Origin: Asterias rubens
Taxonomy: Eukaryota
Length of the DNA stretch: 64,000 nucleotides
Direction of reading: 5' to 3'
Assembly (NCBI RefSeq): GCF_902459465.1
Contig: NC_047072.1
Coordinates: forward strand, 15,872,001 to 15,936,000
Under the pieces are notes generated by a model. It did not search any database and had not been told where the DNA came from. It saw only the letters and a list, made by a program, of their open reading frames with translations. A program made the position numbers and the translations under genes. This document shows positions 11,357-24,400 of this stretch, piece after piece. Every line of letters begins with the position of its first letter. Position 1 is the first letter of the stretch.

Positions 11357-14300
11357 CTACCTGGTTTCCAGCAAGCCATGCTTAGCACTCAGGATCTCAA
11401 CCGTCCGTTTATGAGCACTGAGGGAAAAAGCAAATCAAAACAGTATGATCAATATTTAAAAGGATACTGCCCCAATCGTCTAGGTCTAATTTTAATAAAG
11501 TATGTAACACAAAAACTTGCTAAGCAGAAGATCCAGGTTACCAGCCAAAATTACATTAAATTGGCATTGTTGTGGCGCCCCACTCAATGTTGCTTGCCAT
11601 AGAAATTTGCTGAGCAGTATTTTCTGTATAACAGCTTTATGAATTGGGGCCTAGTCTTACGTGCAAGATGTTGTTTCTCATGACCCAAGCACCACACTTA
11701 CACCAGTTCATCCGGAGATAGCAGGTTTGAATCCCACTCTAGTAAATTTTTTCTTTTTAATATTATTGACTTTCCTTAGTAGTCTTCCAATGTATAAACA
11801 TATATTTTTCTAATGCTGTTGAAATAATGCTGTTGAAATGTTCGTCAACTTTATAACAAATAATTGTATTGCAAATTGTAGACTAGAAAGAACTTATTTC
11901 ATTTCAGGAAATGCAAATCGAACTACTGACTTGACAACTGCAGCTAAGCACTCACATGTTCAAACCTGACTCCCCAAGATTCATTTTGATCACAACTTGA
12001 ACTTTCCCAAAGATCATCTTAAAGTTATGTGGCATGTTGGACCAGATTAATCAGCCCTGCTGATTTAATAAGCACACTGCTAGGGTTGGGCATCGAGGGC
12101 TATTATGTACTTGATGACTTACCTGCCTGGTCTAATGATTGTAAAGTGTCCAGGTATAGAGAGATTAACTACAGTTGATCCCAATCTAGATTCCATTGAG
12201 TCTCCCAAGCGCCCTCCGTCAAAAACTGCATCAATCTGTGGCCACAGCTCTTGAAACTCCTACATGATTAGACAAAAAGTGTTCAAAAAAATGTTTTTGG
12301 GATCCTCTCAGTTTTGTGATGCACTCATTTTCAAGTCCTAACCTTACATTAAAATGGTATAAAATGGCACTTTTGTTTCAAGTGCATTTTTTTTCAAAAC
12401 CCAAAACTGTTGATGATGTCACCGTACAAATCTATGATCTATAATTTTAAGAGAATGTTTGATTTATTTCTGAACACCAAAACAGCATTAAATTTGTTAC
12501 CTTTCGACTGACACAAAAATGTCCTCTTTGAAATAAACATACCCACTTGTTTTTGATGTTTGATGACATCACGTTTCAAATTTTTGAATGAAAGAGTATC
12601 ATATACATCAAAATTTTACACCATTTTTATTGTGAGGTTAGAGACTTAATGTTTTTGTTTCCAAAAAGAAATCCAAAGTGCCACATGTTATAGCCATTAT
12701 TTAATTTGCAAGGTTTTGGTGTGACACACTGATAGTACATACCTGTATTGATAATGTGCTACCAGCAGCACTAACATTAGCACTGGTTAACGCTAGCGGT
12801 GAACCAGCTGCACGAGCAACATCTTGAATAAAAGGACAGTCCGGAATACGAATCCCAACTAACTCGGTGGAGGAATTCAACTCTGGATTGAGCTCAGGTC
12901 TTCTCTTGAAGACTAGTGTAACTGGTCCAGGTAGAAGGTCAGAGAGCAATTCAGTGGAGACCGTCACTTCACCCCATCTGGGGAAAAAATACAAACACAA
13001 ATACAAACTTATTTCATCATGAAATAATCAACTGATGATCTAAAAATGTGTTGGATTTGAAACTTTGTTTTTTAGCTAAACTGCTATCAGTGTGCTTCTT
13101 TATACAATCAACCCATAATTCAGTATGCTACCACAGTGACATTTTGAGGCACACAAGTAGAGAGTAGAGCTACCCCTCAAGGTACTTCATTGAGTCTGAA
13201 GAAGCCATGAGCCATGCTCAATTGCCATGAAATTTGGGTCAGTCAGAAGAGATAAGGTTCTCAACTATCTGCAGTGACAATCTGTGTGGCAGTGATTTGT
13301 TACATATTGATAGGAAAGTGTGGCATGTGGGTCATTCCATGTCAGACCAACGCACTTTTTTACCTCATGTCTTCTGACTTTGTTAAAAATTGCTGTGCTT
13401 GTAGGTCCTAATAAAATGAATGCACACCAATTTTTAGCCCGATCGGACTTACCGTGTGGTCATGGCAGAAACCACTAAAATCGGACGTTTTTAGGGTAAA
13501 ATACCACCTTTTTGGTAAAAATATGTCATAACCATGTCAATTCTCATCACACATATGCAAATTTGGTATCAAAATGATGAGAATTGCATGCTGAAATAAA
13601 TTCTTTTGTCAAAAATAAATTTTCTGAAATGTAAGTCACTGTAATCTTTATTATGTTATCGTGACCTTTGACCCAGTTTTTAAAATAATGTATCATTCCA
13701 AAAATCAACGAAATAAAAATCACTTAATAGAGCATGTCTTTCTAAGAAACAGTTGGGCTCTTCAAAATTTACAACTTTATGACTATTTTTGTACAAGTCA
13801 ACATGATCTTTAATATGTTGTCGTGACCTTTGACCCAATTTTTGAAACAATGCACCATTCCAAAAATCAATAAAATAAAAATCACTTGATAGAGCATGTC
13901 TTCCTCTATCACAATCAACCAAGAAACAACTGGGCTATTCAACATTTACAATTTTATGACTATTTTTGTACAGTTGTTAGGTTACAAATTAGTCAATTTA
14001 TATACTTAATAAATCCACCAATAAATCCACCAACAAAACTCACTCTTCTTTTTTTAAAGTTACTTAAAGTCTTCATGGTTTGGGATTTTTGTCTTGTTGA
14101 TGGCTGATGTGGTTTAACCAGAATCAGATTTTAAATTATTAGCAGTGACGCACCCAGGATTTATTATTTTGGGGGTGGGGCCCAAATATTTCTTTCGAAG
14201 ATTGTAAAAAAAGAAATCAAAACAAATAAAACAAACAAATTGGATACCTTGGAGGGGCTGGGATCAATCCCCTAGACCCATCGTCCCCCACCCACCCCCC

Positions 14301-17300
14301 TCCCCTCTTTTTTGGATGCACCACTGTGATTATTAGTGATCCCAGTTAGAGATTACATCAAAGTTGAGATGGAGAAGCTGTCTGCCTTTCTTCAGTAGAT
14401 CATCACAAACTTATGCAGTCTTGCTTTAACCCCCTATGATGAATCTTGAGCAACAAATTAATGCATAAGAACTTTCTGAGAAATCCTCAAGAACAATTTG
14501 TTTACCATGCTGCATCTCTGACTTCAGGGCCCATTTTGGTAGGGCTGTTCAGCAGCAGATTTTGTGCTAACTGTGCGATTTCCATTTCATAACGCCGCTA
14601 ACTGTATAGCACACGAAAAGGCATGCTAACCTTCCGATGAAGTCAGAGTTGCAGCATGGTGACATTTTTTTTACCATCTTGGAAAGAATTTTGTTTGGGA
14701 AATATCCCCCCCCCCCAACCCACAACCCAAACTAAATCCTGGGTGCGTTACTGCTGGTATTTTAAAGTATGATTCTGGTTAGACCACATCAGCCCTCAAC
14801 ATAAAAAATCCCAAACCATTTACAGTTTTAGTAAAGTATTTATTTATTTATAATATGACTTATTTGTAACCTAACAACTATACAAAAATAGTCTTAAAGT
14901 TGCAAATTTTGAAGAGCCCAGTTGTTTTTTAGTTGATTCTGATAGAGGACGACATGCTATATCAAGTGATTTTCATTTCGTTGATTTTTGGAATGATGCG
15001 TTATTTCAAAAATTGGGTCAAAGGTCACGATAACATATTAAAGATCACAGTGACTTGTACAAAAATAGTCTTAAAGTTGTAAATTTTGAAGGGCCCAACT
15101 GTTTCTTAGTGGATTCCGATTCCAAAGGTCACGATAACATATTAAAGATTACAGTAACCTACATTTCTAAAAATTTATTTTTACAAAAGAATTGATTTGA
15201 GCATGCAATTCTCATCATTTTGATAACAAATTTGCATATAATTTTATGTGATAAAAATTGACATGGTTATGACATATTTTTACCAAAAAGGTGGTATTTT
15301 ACCCTAAAAATGTCAGATTTTAGTGGTTTCTGCCATGACCACATGGTAAGTTTGATCGGGCTAAAAATTGGTGTGCATTTATTGCTCATTAGGACCTACA
15401 AGCACAGCAATTTTTATCAAAATCGGAAGGCATGAGGTAAAAAAGTGTGTTGGTCTGACATGGAATGACCCGGAGGTCGTTACTTCATCTACAAGGGCTC
15501 AACGTTTATTGTAAAATTACATGATGTCACAGTAGATACTCAATAAGTTTTCATTGTATTTTTGCTCAACTCTTTATGCAAATGTAGTTTTCTCCGGTTG
15601 GGAAAATAATAATAAAACAACATGAGGTTTGAGGGGTCAAGGGCATGTCTTGGTTGAGGGGTCAAGTGCATCAAACTCAAGTTATGATGGTCTAGTCACT
15701 GTGTGAAGGCTTCGCTGGTATTTTGCTGGATTTACCCATTTGTTGAGGACAGCTGATAATAAAAGTAATTTGAGGTTGTATGTGCCTGATAAACGGGGAT
15801 AATAATGTTGTGAAGTGCCTTGATTTTGTTACTAGGATGTGAGAACCAAATGTTATTTTTACAGCTAGTCTCAGCCTGAGGAGATATTATATTTAGAGAT
15901 TTTATATGGAAATATTATTTATATCATATTTAGAAATAATGTAACTCTCAAAAGACCAAACCAAATGTACTTTATCATTTGCCATTAAATCACCAGAAGT
16001 ATGATATAATTTAAACTTTATAGATGTTTAGTGGTGCCATTTTTATTATTTTTAATTAAACAATTGTAAAATCCAGCATTTTAAAAACTATTTTAATACC
16101 AAAGCATATATGTTCAATACCTCTGAAGATCTTCAACATCACCCACACAAATAGCCACAGGATTTTGTCCATTTCTTCTCTTTATGGTATAAAGTTGTTG
16201 AACAGATGCTGTAGACTGAGCCAGTGCAGCTACCCCATAAATGGTGTCTGTCGGAACGGCTATAACGTTACCGGCTTTAAGACTGGTAACCGCTGTGGAT
16301 ACAGCATTCTGGTTGTCTGTAAAATAAAGACACTCAGTCAAGACAAAGTTGTAACACATTGGAACACTCTGCTAGGGGGGTATTATAAACAGGAAGTTGT
16401 GAAAAAATTGGAACAGATTTAATCTCTCTCACTATTTATATTCCTGTACTCCTACAAGTTGGCCTTAATCACCTCAACTTATATAAGTGTCCCTACGACA
16501 TACTCCTAGAACTATTTCGGTTTCGGAAATAGTTCTAGGAGTACCTACGGCATTGTTGTGTACAGTGACTTTTAAATTTGGAACAAAATAAATAACATAT
16601 GTTAAAGGAACACGTTGCCTTGGACCAGACGAGTTGGTCTATAAAAAGTGTTTGTAACCGTTTTTTTAAAAATGCATATGGTTGGAAAGATGTCTTAAAA
16701 GTAGAATACAATGATCCACACAAATTTGCCTCAAAATTGCTTGGTTTTCCTTTTACTGTGCGAACTAACACGGTCGGCCATTTATTTGACTCCCATAAAT
16801 GGCCGACCGTGTTCGTCGACGAGGTAAAAGGAAAACCGTGCAATTTAAAGGCATGTTTGTGTGGATCATTGTATTCTACTTTTACAACATCTTTCTACCC
16901 ATATGCATTTTATAACAAACGGTTACAAACGCTTTTGAAAGACCAACTCGTCAGATCCAAGGCAACGTGTTCCTTTAAATCTTAACTACTTTTGATTAAA
17001 AAAAAAATCGTACATGTATGTGACAATTAATGATGAAGCCTGTATGCAGTGGATTTGCAGACAAATCTTGCTGTGCAAAAACAGAGTTTTTGGTGCATAT
17101 ATATAGTGCATGGCTCACTTTTTTGCAAATTTTTTACTTGTTATAAATTTTTACAGATAGCTTTTTCAAGAAAGTTTCCACCACTTTTTCATTCGATATG
17201 AAATAATAAAGTATCTAATTTACCTCAATGAGATTTCAGCATTCCCTTTTGGTAAAAATAAGAACACACTGTTCTGAAGTGTTATTTTTTAAAGCAAACT

Positions 17301-17937
17301 CTACCACCAGCAGTACTAATAACTGGGGTTGTTATCGCAACCATGTACAAAGTTGCGATAACGTAACCCTCCTGCCAACGGTGTAGCCGGAGGGTTACGA
17401 AGCATACTCGTGTGAAAAAGGCGAAATGGTTAAAAAAACATACAATTTCTACAGCTAGTCATTAGATTTGCTCCATTTTTACCACTTTCGAAAATCATGA
17501 CACAAATTCTAGGAACACGGATGGATGGTTACGTTATCGCAACTACAATCAATGAACAGAGACAGAGAATAAATCATACATGTATATATTCATTAATGAG
17601 ATATCCCTTTTTGTAAAAACAAGTGAAAAAGTGGTGGCGCCATATGGAAAGTTATCTTAATAAATCATGCACTACTGTAACCTACTTCTAGAAACTATAA
17701 GACTTTAGTTTCTAGAATAGAAGTACATTTGTAACTAACTGTGTGTAAGTGTAACTCACTGTACTGTACTGATTACTTTTATTAGTTTTAGTTTTTCAAA
17801 TTTTAATTTCAAGATTTGTTACCTTTAATTTCGACGATTCGAGCCATTCTAGCGACAGTCGAACTCCTCCGATGGGTAGATGAGATACGCAATCTGTAAA
17901 ATGTCTGATAAATGTGTTTACTGTGTTTAATAAACAT
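11357..17937 (-). CDS. YRDC: Threonylcarbamoyl-AMP synthase YRDC/Sua5 (t6A tRNA modification), 5 exons, 247 aa
   Basis: Exons 17937-17823 (MFIKHSKHIYQTFYRLRISSTHRRSSTVARMARIVEIK), 16316-16121 (AVPTDTIYGVAALAQS...IKRRNGQNPVAICVGD), 12977-12743 (LLPGPVTLVFKR...VGIRIPD...PLALTSANVS), 12259-12123 (EFQELWPQIDAVFDGG...GSTVVNLS...IIRPG) and 11417-11357 (SAHKRTVEILSAKHGLLETR*). Motifs PTDTxYG, KxR, PGPxT, TSAN and STVV are present; phases are consistent. Confidence 0.96.
13329..15471. mobile_element. ~2.1-kb foldback element with long inverted arms in YRDC intron 2
   Basis: Termini GGGTCATTCCATGTCAGACCAAC (13329) and GTTGGTCTGACATGGAATGACCC (15471). Inverted similarity continues through ~13329-14165 versus ~14733-15471. 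No clear TSD. Confidence 0.8.
16606..16974. mobile_element. Second family A copy, inverted relative to 237-629, in YRDC intron 1
   Basis: TTAA at 16602-16605 and 16975-16978; same TIR AGGAACACGTTGCCTTGGA; the body is the reverse complement of the 237-629 copy. Confidence 0.8.
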
Positions 17938-18314
17938 GTCAGAAAACAGATTACAATGGTTTTGAGTCATTGTCACATTTCCTCGGTATGTTGCATCATG
18001 GAGGCTGCCATTTTGTTTGTTAGTTTACCGCTTATGCTACATAGCGCCCTCTAGCACTCAATTTTCCTGGAAGTTTTTATGTAAAGTTTATGTAAATGTA
18101 GGCGTGGTCTTTTTGCCGTGGTGTTTCACTGACTTTTGTCCAATGAATGCAGTGACCTCATTATGAGTTTCTTCGGTTGCCAAATAAGGTCATGTATATT
18201 CCATATATGGAGTGAAGGAATGCACCACCAGCTGCATGGTCCAAATTCAGTGTGTGGTTTTTGTGGTTTATGAGGCAATCGTGTAGTTAATGACAGTCAC
18301 TGGACGGAACCACC
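17938..18314. promoter_or_regulatory. Putative bidirectional promoter shared by YRDC and ROS1
   Basis: 377 nt between divergent ATGs. Contains a YY1-like GCCATTTT (~18007), a CTCF-core-like TAGCGCCCTCTAGC (~18042-18055), a GGCGTGG GC-box-like motif and CCAAT (~18140). Motif calls were made by eye. Confidence 0.6.
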
Positions 18315-18440
18315 ATGGCTGTAAACAGTCTCCAAAACTGGCGGATTTTTTACGTTATTTGGATACTTTTACTCATCTTTTCACGTTGTCTGTCTGCAGG
18401 TCTTGTTCAGCACTGTGAGGAAACATGCCAGTCTGTTTTG
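18315..18440 (+). CDS. ROS1: ROS1 exon 1: signal peptide (MAVNSLQNWRIFYVIWILLLIFSRCLSA-GLVQHCEETCQSVL)
   Basis: ATG in a strong context (CACCATGG), hydrophobic core, small-residue cleavage site, GTGAGT donor at 18441. Not listed in the ORF track because it is short. Confidence 0.88.
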
Positions 18441-21400
18441 GTGAGTTTTTTTCACGTCTTTTAACACACTTTTTGAGTTTGTGTTTGGTCTAAATTTACT
18501 GCACACAGTGTATGGGATGGGGGTATGACAGGGCCACACACACACAGGTGGTGTGTGGTAACTCCCACTGCACTGGGTGTGGGTAATGTTGTACAAGTAC
18601 AACGTTGAATGGCCGTGCATCTTGACCTGGGCACGCTGGTAAAACCATGTGTCAGACCATGGTAAGACAGAGTAGTTTTAATAAAATGATGGATTTAGAA
18701 ATCAGAAAAATTGTGAAATATCCTGGTGTCGTGGGGAAATTTCTGATAGGTTAACGGGGAATTGTTCACAATCAAAAACCATATATATAAAATAATAAAA
18801 TAAAGGACCAGATTGTTTTAAAAATCATCTCACCAACCTTTTTAGTATGTGTGTTTACAGTTGCAATATCCAAGTGTTGCATCACTTTGCAATCGCTTTA
18901 TTTTGTTGTCGGACTAAACCATTCTGTGAAAGGGGTGTTACAATGTTGCAGTGCTTCAGCGTACGCGCCACGCCATGATGAGTGAACGGCGGGCAATGTA
19001 AACGGACAGCGCGCACGCACTGCCTTGTAACACCCCTTTCACAGAATGGTTTAGTCCAACAACAAAATAAAGCGTTTGCAAAGCGATGTGACAAGTTCAA
19101 AATATAAACCTGGGAATTCTCTCCGGGTTGTCCTTTTTTTTCAAAAATATGTTCTCAATGGTGTTTTGAGTGTTCATTAGACATTGAGGATTAAGTTCGT
19201 GCCCTTAGAACTTTTGTCATGATTTTTGAAAGTGGTAAAAATGGGGCAAATCTGGTGACTAGCTATCAAAATTATATGGGTTGGACCAGATTGTCATTTG
19301 CCTGGCGGCCTTCGGGAGGAGTGTTACGTTATCGCAACTAGTGTGTTTAAATCATCGTGTGTTTAAATCCTAAAAGGGATAGCTTTCTGTATGGCACCAC
19401 AACTTTTTCACCATTTTTTTTACCAAAAAATAAGGGATAGCCTATCTCATTGAAGTATATTATACTATTAATTGGATCCTATTATTTCATCGAATTAAAA
19501 AAGTGGTGGTGCCATATGGAAACTTTTCCCTTCTTAAATTAAAAGTCTTGGTTTTACCATGGTTTTACATTGCAAGTCAAGAGATCGTCCGCCATTTACA
19601 TTGGTAATGTATGCACAACATTGGAGCGACGTCATATGTTTTTGGTACTTACATTGGTTGGTATTTTATTCAAAATCAGTATGGCATGCAAAATACATAA
19701 AAAATATCATTTAATTAATTTTATACACGTTTTATGACAAGGCAGGATAGTACAACACCTCCCCCCCCCCAATTATCCCCCCTCCCCAGCACAAACACTT
19801 CATTACATTATGTTTTTCTCCGGCAAATTATCCGCACCTCGCCACCAATTTATCTGCCCTAAATTAGCTCAATCAAACTTTTATTTTCTCCATTTCAAAC
19901 CAGCCAAGTTTGGTTTAAGGAATAAAGAATCCCCAATGTTAAAGTAACTCTTTAATGTACATATGTAGACATATTTATTTATTATGTTTAAAATCAGAAT
20001 TTATTACAGTCTGTAGGTAATCAAAGATTTTTTTGACTTTATTTTAACAAGTAATATTTTAAATTTTAACCCGTATTGGCATGCATCCCAAATAGCAACC
20101 ACATTACGCGATCTATCGAGTGACTGAAGAGGAATGAAATTTTATCTAGCAGAGGATAATTTTGTTTGGAAATTTGGTTGTTTCTTTGACTCATTTGATT
20201 GTAGGTTATAATGTACTACTAGTGATCTATACCAAAATTTAATAATTTCGTAAACGATTTGAGCATCACCTACGATGGGAAACTTTATTATCAGCATGAT
20301 ATTTATAGCCTGACGAAAGCATGGGTCTTGAGTAAACATCAGAGGTCTGTCAAAGTGGTTCTCGCACAGTCTCGCAGTTACTGAGAATCAAAGTTGGGGT
20401 CATAAATATATGACTTTAAATACGTATGATCCAACGATACTTAGTAATTATGTTAGCCTGGAATGCAAATTATTAAAGCCACTAATGCTATAATGTAGGT
20501 CAGCCTTTGTCAAAAGTTTGTACGATACTTGACTTGATAAAATATTTCACTTTTTCCAATGACCAAAATATCATGCACTGTTTTGTAAATCGTTTAGCAC
20601 TATGGGGTTAATCCAGTATTGCCTTTCCCTTAAAGGTTCCCATTTACACATCTGGGTTATAAGAAGCAATTTATGGTTTTGAACTAAAAACCAAGGACAC
20701 ATGTCATAAATGGCTAAATGTTCGATCTTCAGAATTTGAGTCTGATGAACTGAACCACTCGGCCAAGACTTGTTAGCCAGTAATATTTTTGTTATCTAGA
20801 CATGTTGATTTTGACACTACATATGGTGAGTTCAAGGAGACTGGGCTGACCTTAACCAGTGACCTTATCAACTCAATTCAGATTAATTTATAAACATGTG
20901 GGGGGGGTGCTCAAAATGATTTATTATTAGTAAAGGTATAGATTGTCATAGATTGTTAAACACAGTGACACTATGGTAAATGTCAAAGACCAGTCTTCTC
21001 ATTTTGTGTATCTTTACCATGTGCATAAAATAACAAACCTGTGAAGATTTGAGCTCAAATGGTGGTCGAAGTTGCGAGATAATAATGAAAGAAAAAACCC
21101 ACTTCTAACACAAATTTGCGTGCGGTTAGATGGTTGATTTCGAGACCTCAAATTCTAAATCTGAGGTCTCGAAATCAAATTCTTTGAAAATTACTTCTTT
21201 CTCTAAAATTTTGTCACTTCAGAGGGAGCTGTTTCTCACAATGTTTTATACCATTAACCTCTCCCCATTACTCGTCACCAAGTAAGGTTTTATGCTAATA
21301 ATTATTTTGACTAACTACCATTAGTGTCCACTGCCTTTAAATATGTCAAAAGGTACACGTTTGGTAATTGTCAAAGACCAGTCTTCTCACTTGGTGTATC

Positions 21401-24400
21401 CCATCATAACCATAAAATAACAAGCCTGTGAAAATTTGGGTTCAATTGGTTGCAAGAAAATGATGAAAGAAAAAACACCGTGTTGGACGAAATTGTGTGC
21501 TTTCAGATAAGAATAAAAGACTTCTAGCTAGAAGTCTTTTATTATTTTAGTGAGAAATTATCTCTTTCTCAAAAACTATGTTTCTTCAGAGGGAGACGTT
21601 ACGCACAATGTTTTATGCTATTAACAGCTCTCCAATGCTTGTTACCAAGTCACTTTTTAAGTTAATATTTGTTTTGAGTGGCCATAAATTCTTCACAGCT
21701 AGGATTCCCTTCAAAGTACATGTAATATGGTTTGGATAATTTTTATTTCAGAATCAAAATCATTATCTCCTTTCATAAATATTCTGGATTCCAGACGTGA
21801 GTGAGGTCAGTGGAGGTCGCACAGGGTCATGTTCTTGAATCCATCTACATAATGCTCAAGGGATTATGTTGCACTTTGGTCAGTAGGGGGTATACTACCA
21901 TCCATATCAAAATTCTTTGAGATTATCTTAAATTCCCAGTTATGCTTGAAATTATAAACCAGTGATTACGTCTAAGTTACGTCCAGCAATTTTTAGACTT
22001 TGTTTTGTGCACACTGAATGATAATTATTGAATAGCAAGGAAAATTAACTGTGAGTAGTAACTGATTTTTTATGTAGTATTTTTGGTTCGACTTTTACAA
22101 GAAATTGTTCCGTCCTACCATGGTAAAGGGAGGATTTTTGGGAAGATAAAATTGTATGCATTCTATCTTGTATGGTACAAAGCCTATTATACACCATACT
22201 GTAGGTTTTGTGAACATTCAGCCTTTGGCTTTCATGCCGGACCAAAAGAGATATTGAGGGGAAATGTTCTCCTTACATTTAAGAGATATATTTACCTTTG
22301 CCCTCCTTAGAACCAAATTTCATATTGGTATAAAAAAATGAAATTAAAACTGTTATACCCTTTTATAAAATCTACATGTAACTGTTTGAGTTGATAAGCA
22401 CAATAAGTGCATGTCCACGAGAGTACCATGCAAAATTTTGAGAAATCGACAAGGTTGGGGGGGGGGGTCAGCGAAGTTAGTTCAAACCTTGGCTTTTTGA
22501 TCCCCACATGAGACGATAACAGTTGGTGAAGCAGCTCAAAAAAATATCTCATCATGGCCGAATACGGGGCATCAACTGTTTTTCAGCGAAAATTAAGACT
22601 TTCGGGGCGTTAATTTGTTGTATTTTTGGTTTATATTTTAAGCCCAGTTAATTTCCTTAAACTTTATCAATTAGTGTCGAATTATACATCGGAAGTAAGA
22701 GCTCACCCTCCTCTACACGATAAAATTTAAATATTTGATGTTAACCTCTTTACCTCAGATATACAGGCATTTGGAAAACATGTATTAGATCATTAAAGGA
22801 AATACATTACGCAATATTAACCATAACTTAATCAGTGCAGGTTTGAAATATCAACCTACAATAATAAAAAATTAAATCTTTGTCAGCTCTTCTTGATTTT
22901 GTTTGCCAACAGTCCAAAAAGATGAAAACAGTTATTGTTGGGATCAAACTTACATAGTTCTGAGTACAATATTTTTACTATTATTTTTTTCACATTTGTA
23001 CAGATTGTTATTATCACATTTGCTGGAAAACTAAAACTTTCCATTTTCCGCATATTGTGGTGGATGGGAGACCTATTTTGGCCACAGTATACCGACCATT
23101 CAGAACGTCCAGATGCATAATAATTATAATAATAATAATAATAATAACAATAATAATAACAATAAACGGCTTTTATATAGCGCCCTTAACCCCCAAAGGG
23201 TCCCGAGGCGCTTCACAGAGGTTAAAAATATTAAGCAGATACAGACCAATTTTTAAAAAAAGACGGTAAACCATAATAAATTAAAATAAATTAATTCAAA
23301 TGAATAGAAAAAACACTTTTGTATAACCTTTAAATACATTAGGTAATATGCTTTGCAAGCAGCTGTAAAAGAGAGAACAAAAGTCTATATCGGAAGTGTA
23401 TATTGCACCAAGAGCACTTATGACCTGAAATTGTCTCCTGGGGCCCTAAAGCGGGCCCTGAGCCACACAGCGTAAATGATATAACTCGTGTGTTGTCTAC
23501 CCACCCCACATTTCAAGACAAATTGACGCCAATGGTTTCCCTGCAGTGTAATAAGAGATTTGTTTCATGTCCACTTTATCGGGCCTGCTGCACAAAACAA
23601 GGCAATCAAAAGGTACAAATTTGAACAATACAAGGCTAAATAGCCATTTTAAGGTAAAAATAGCCTCCCGCCATTTCGTACTAAAAACTGCTGACAAATA
23701 TGTTATTGTTGCTTTCAAAAGACCATAGTAAGATCTCTCTTTCACCCAAGTTTCATTGCTCTAATCTAAGACCTGCACTAATAACTCTACGGCGACTCAA
23801 ATATTGCCAAAACTATGGCGCAAATTTGGAGGTACATACGTACATGTACCCCTAAGTGAAGAGTTGTCAATGCTTCTTAAGATTCCCCTCCCCCCCCCCA
23901 ATTTTGATTTTCTTTTTAAGGTCAGGACAACCTTAAAGGGATGCTGCAGTGAATTAAAATAAAACAGTTAATTTTGCTGTCATTTATTTCTGATATAGGT
24001 ACTGAACATCAATAAAATGTGTTTTGTTTTTTCCCCGACATATCTCACTTGCGTAATTAGCGAATAAGTCCTGCCCCCCTTTTGTGGATTGTTACCGCCC
24101 CCCCCCTACCATCGACGTCATGTCTGGAATTCAAACATATCGCCGGCAAAAAGAGTCTGGTCCCTAACTACACGCGCCTAGGTACCAGGCCACACAGTGC
24201 ACACGTCTCTAGATGCACACAGCCAGGGGGCCCGACGGCTCGGGTTACCGACATGACGTCACGTTTATGCAAATGAAGGCTCCCTTTTAGGGGCGGGTGG
24301 GTTCCCCTAACCTCTTGAAAACCATTTTTAAAATACTTACGCATTTAATAAAAAAATACAAAAAAATATTTCAGTTTTAAAAAGTCATGTTTAATCGTTT

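Noticed and set aside
12012-12070. Alternative last exon for YRDC (SVLIKSAGLINLVQHAT*)
   Set aside because: No similarity to the YRDC C-terminus; 11417-11357 fits the family far better.
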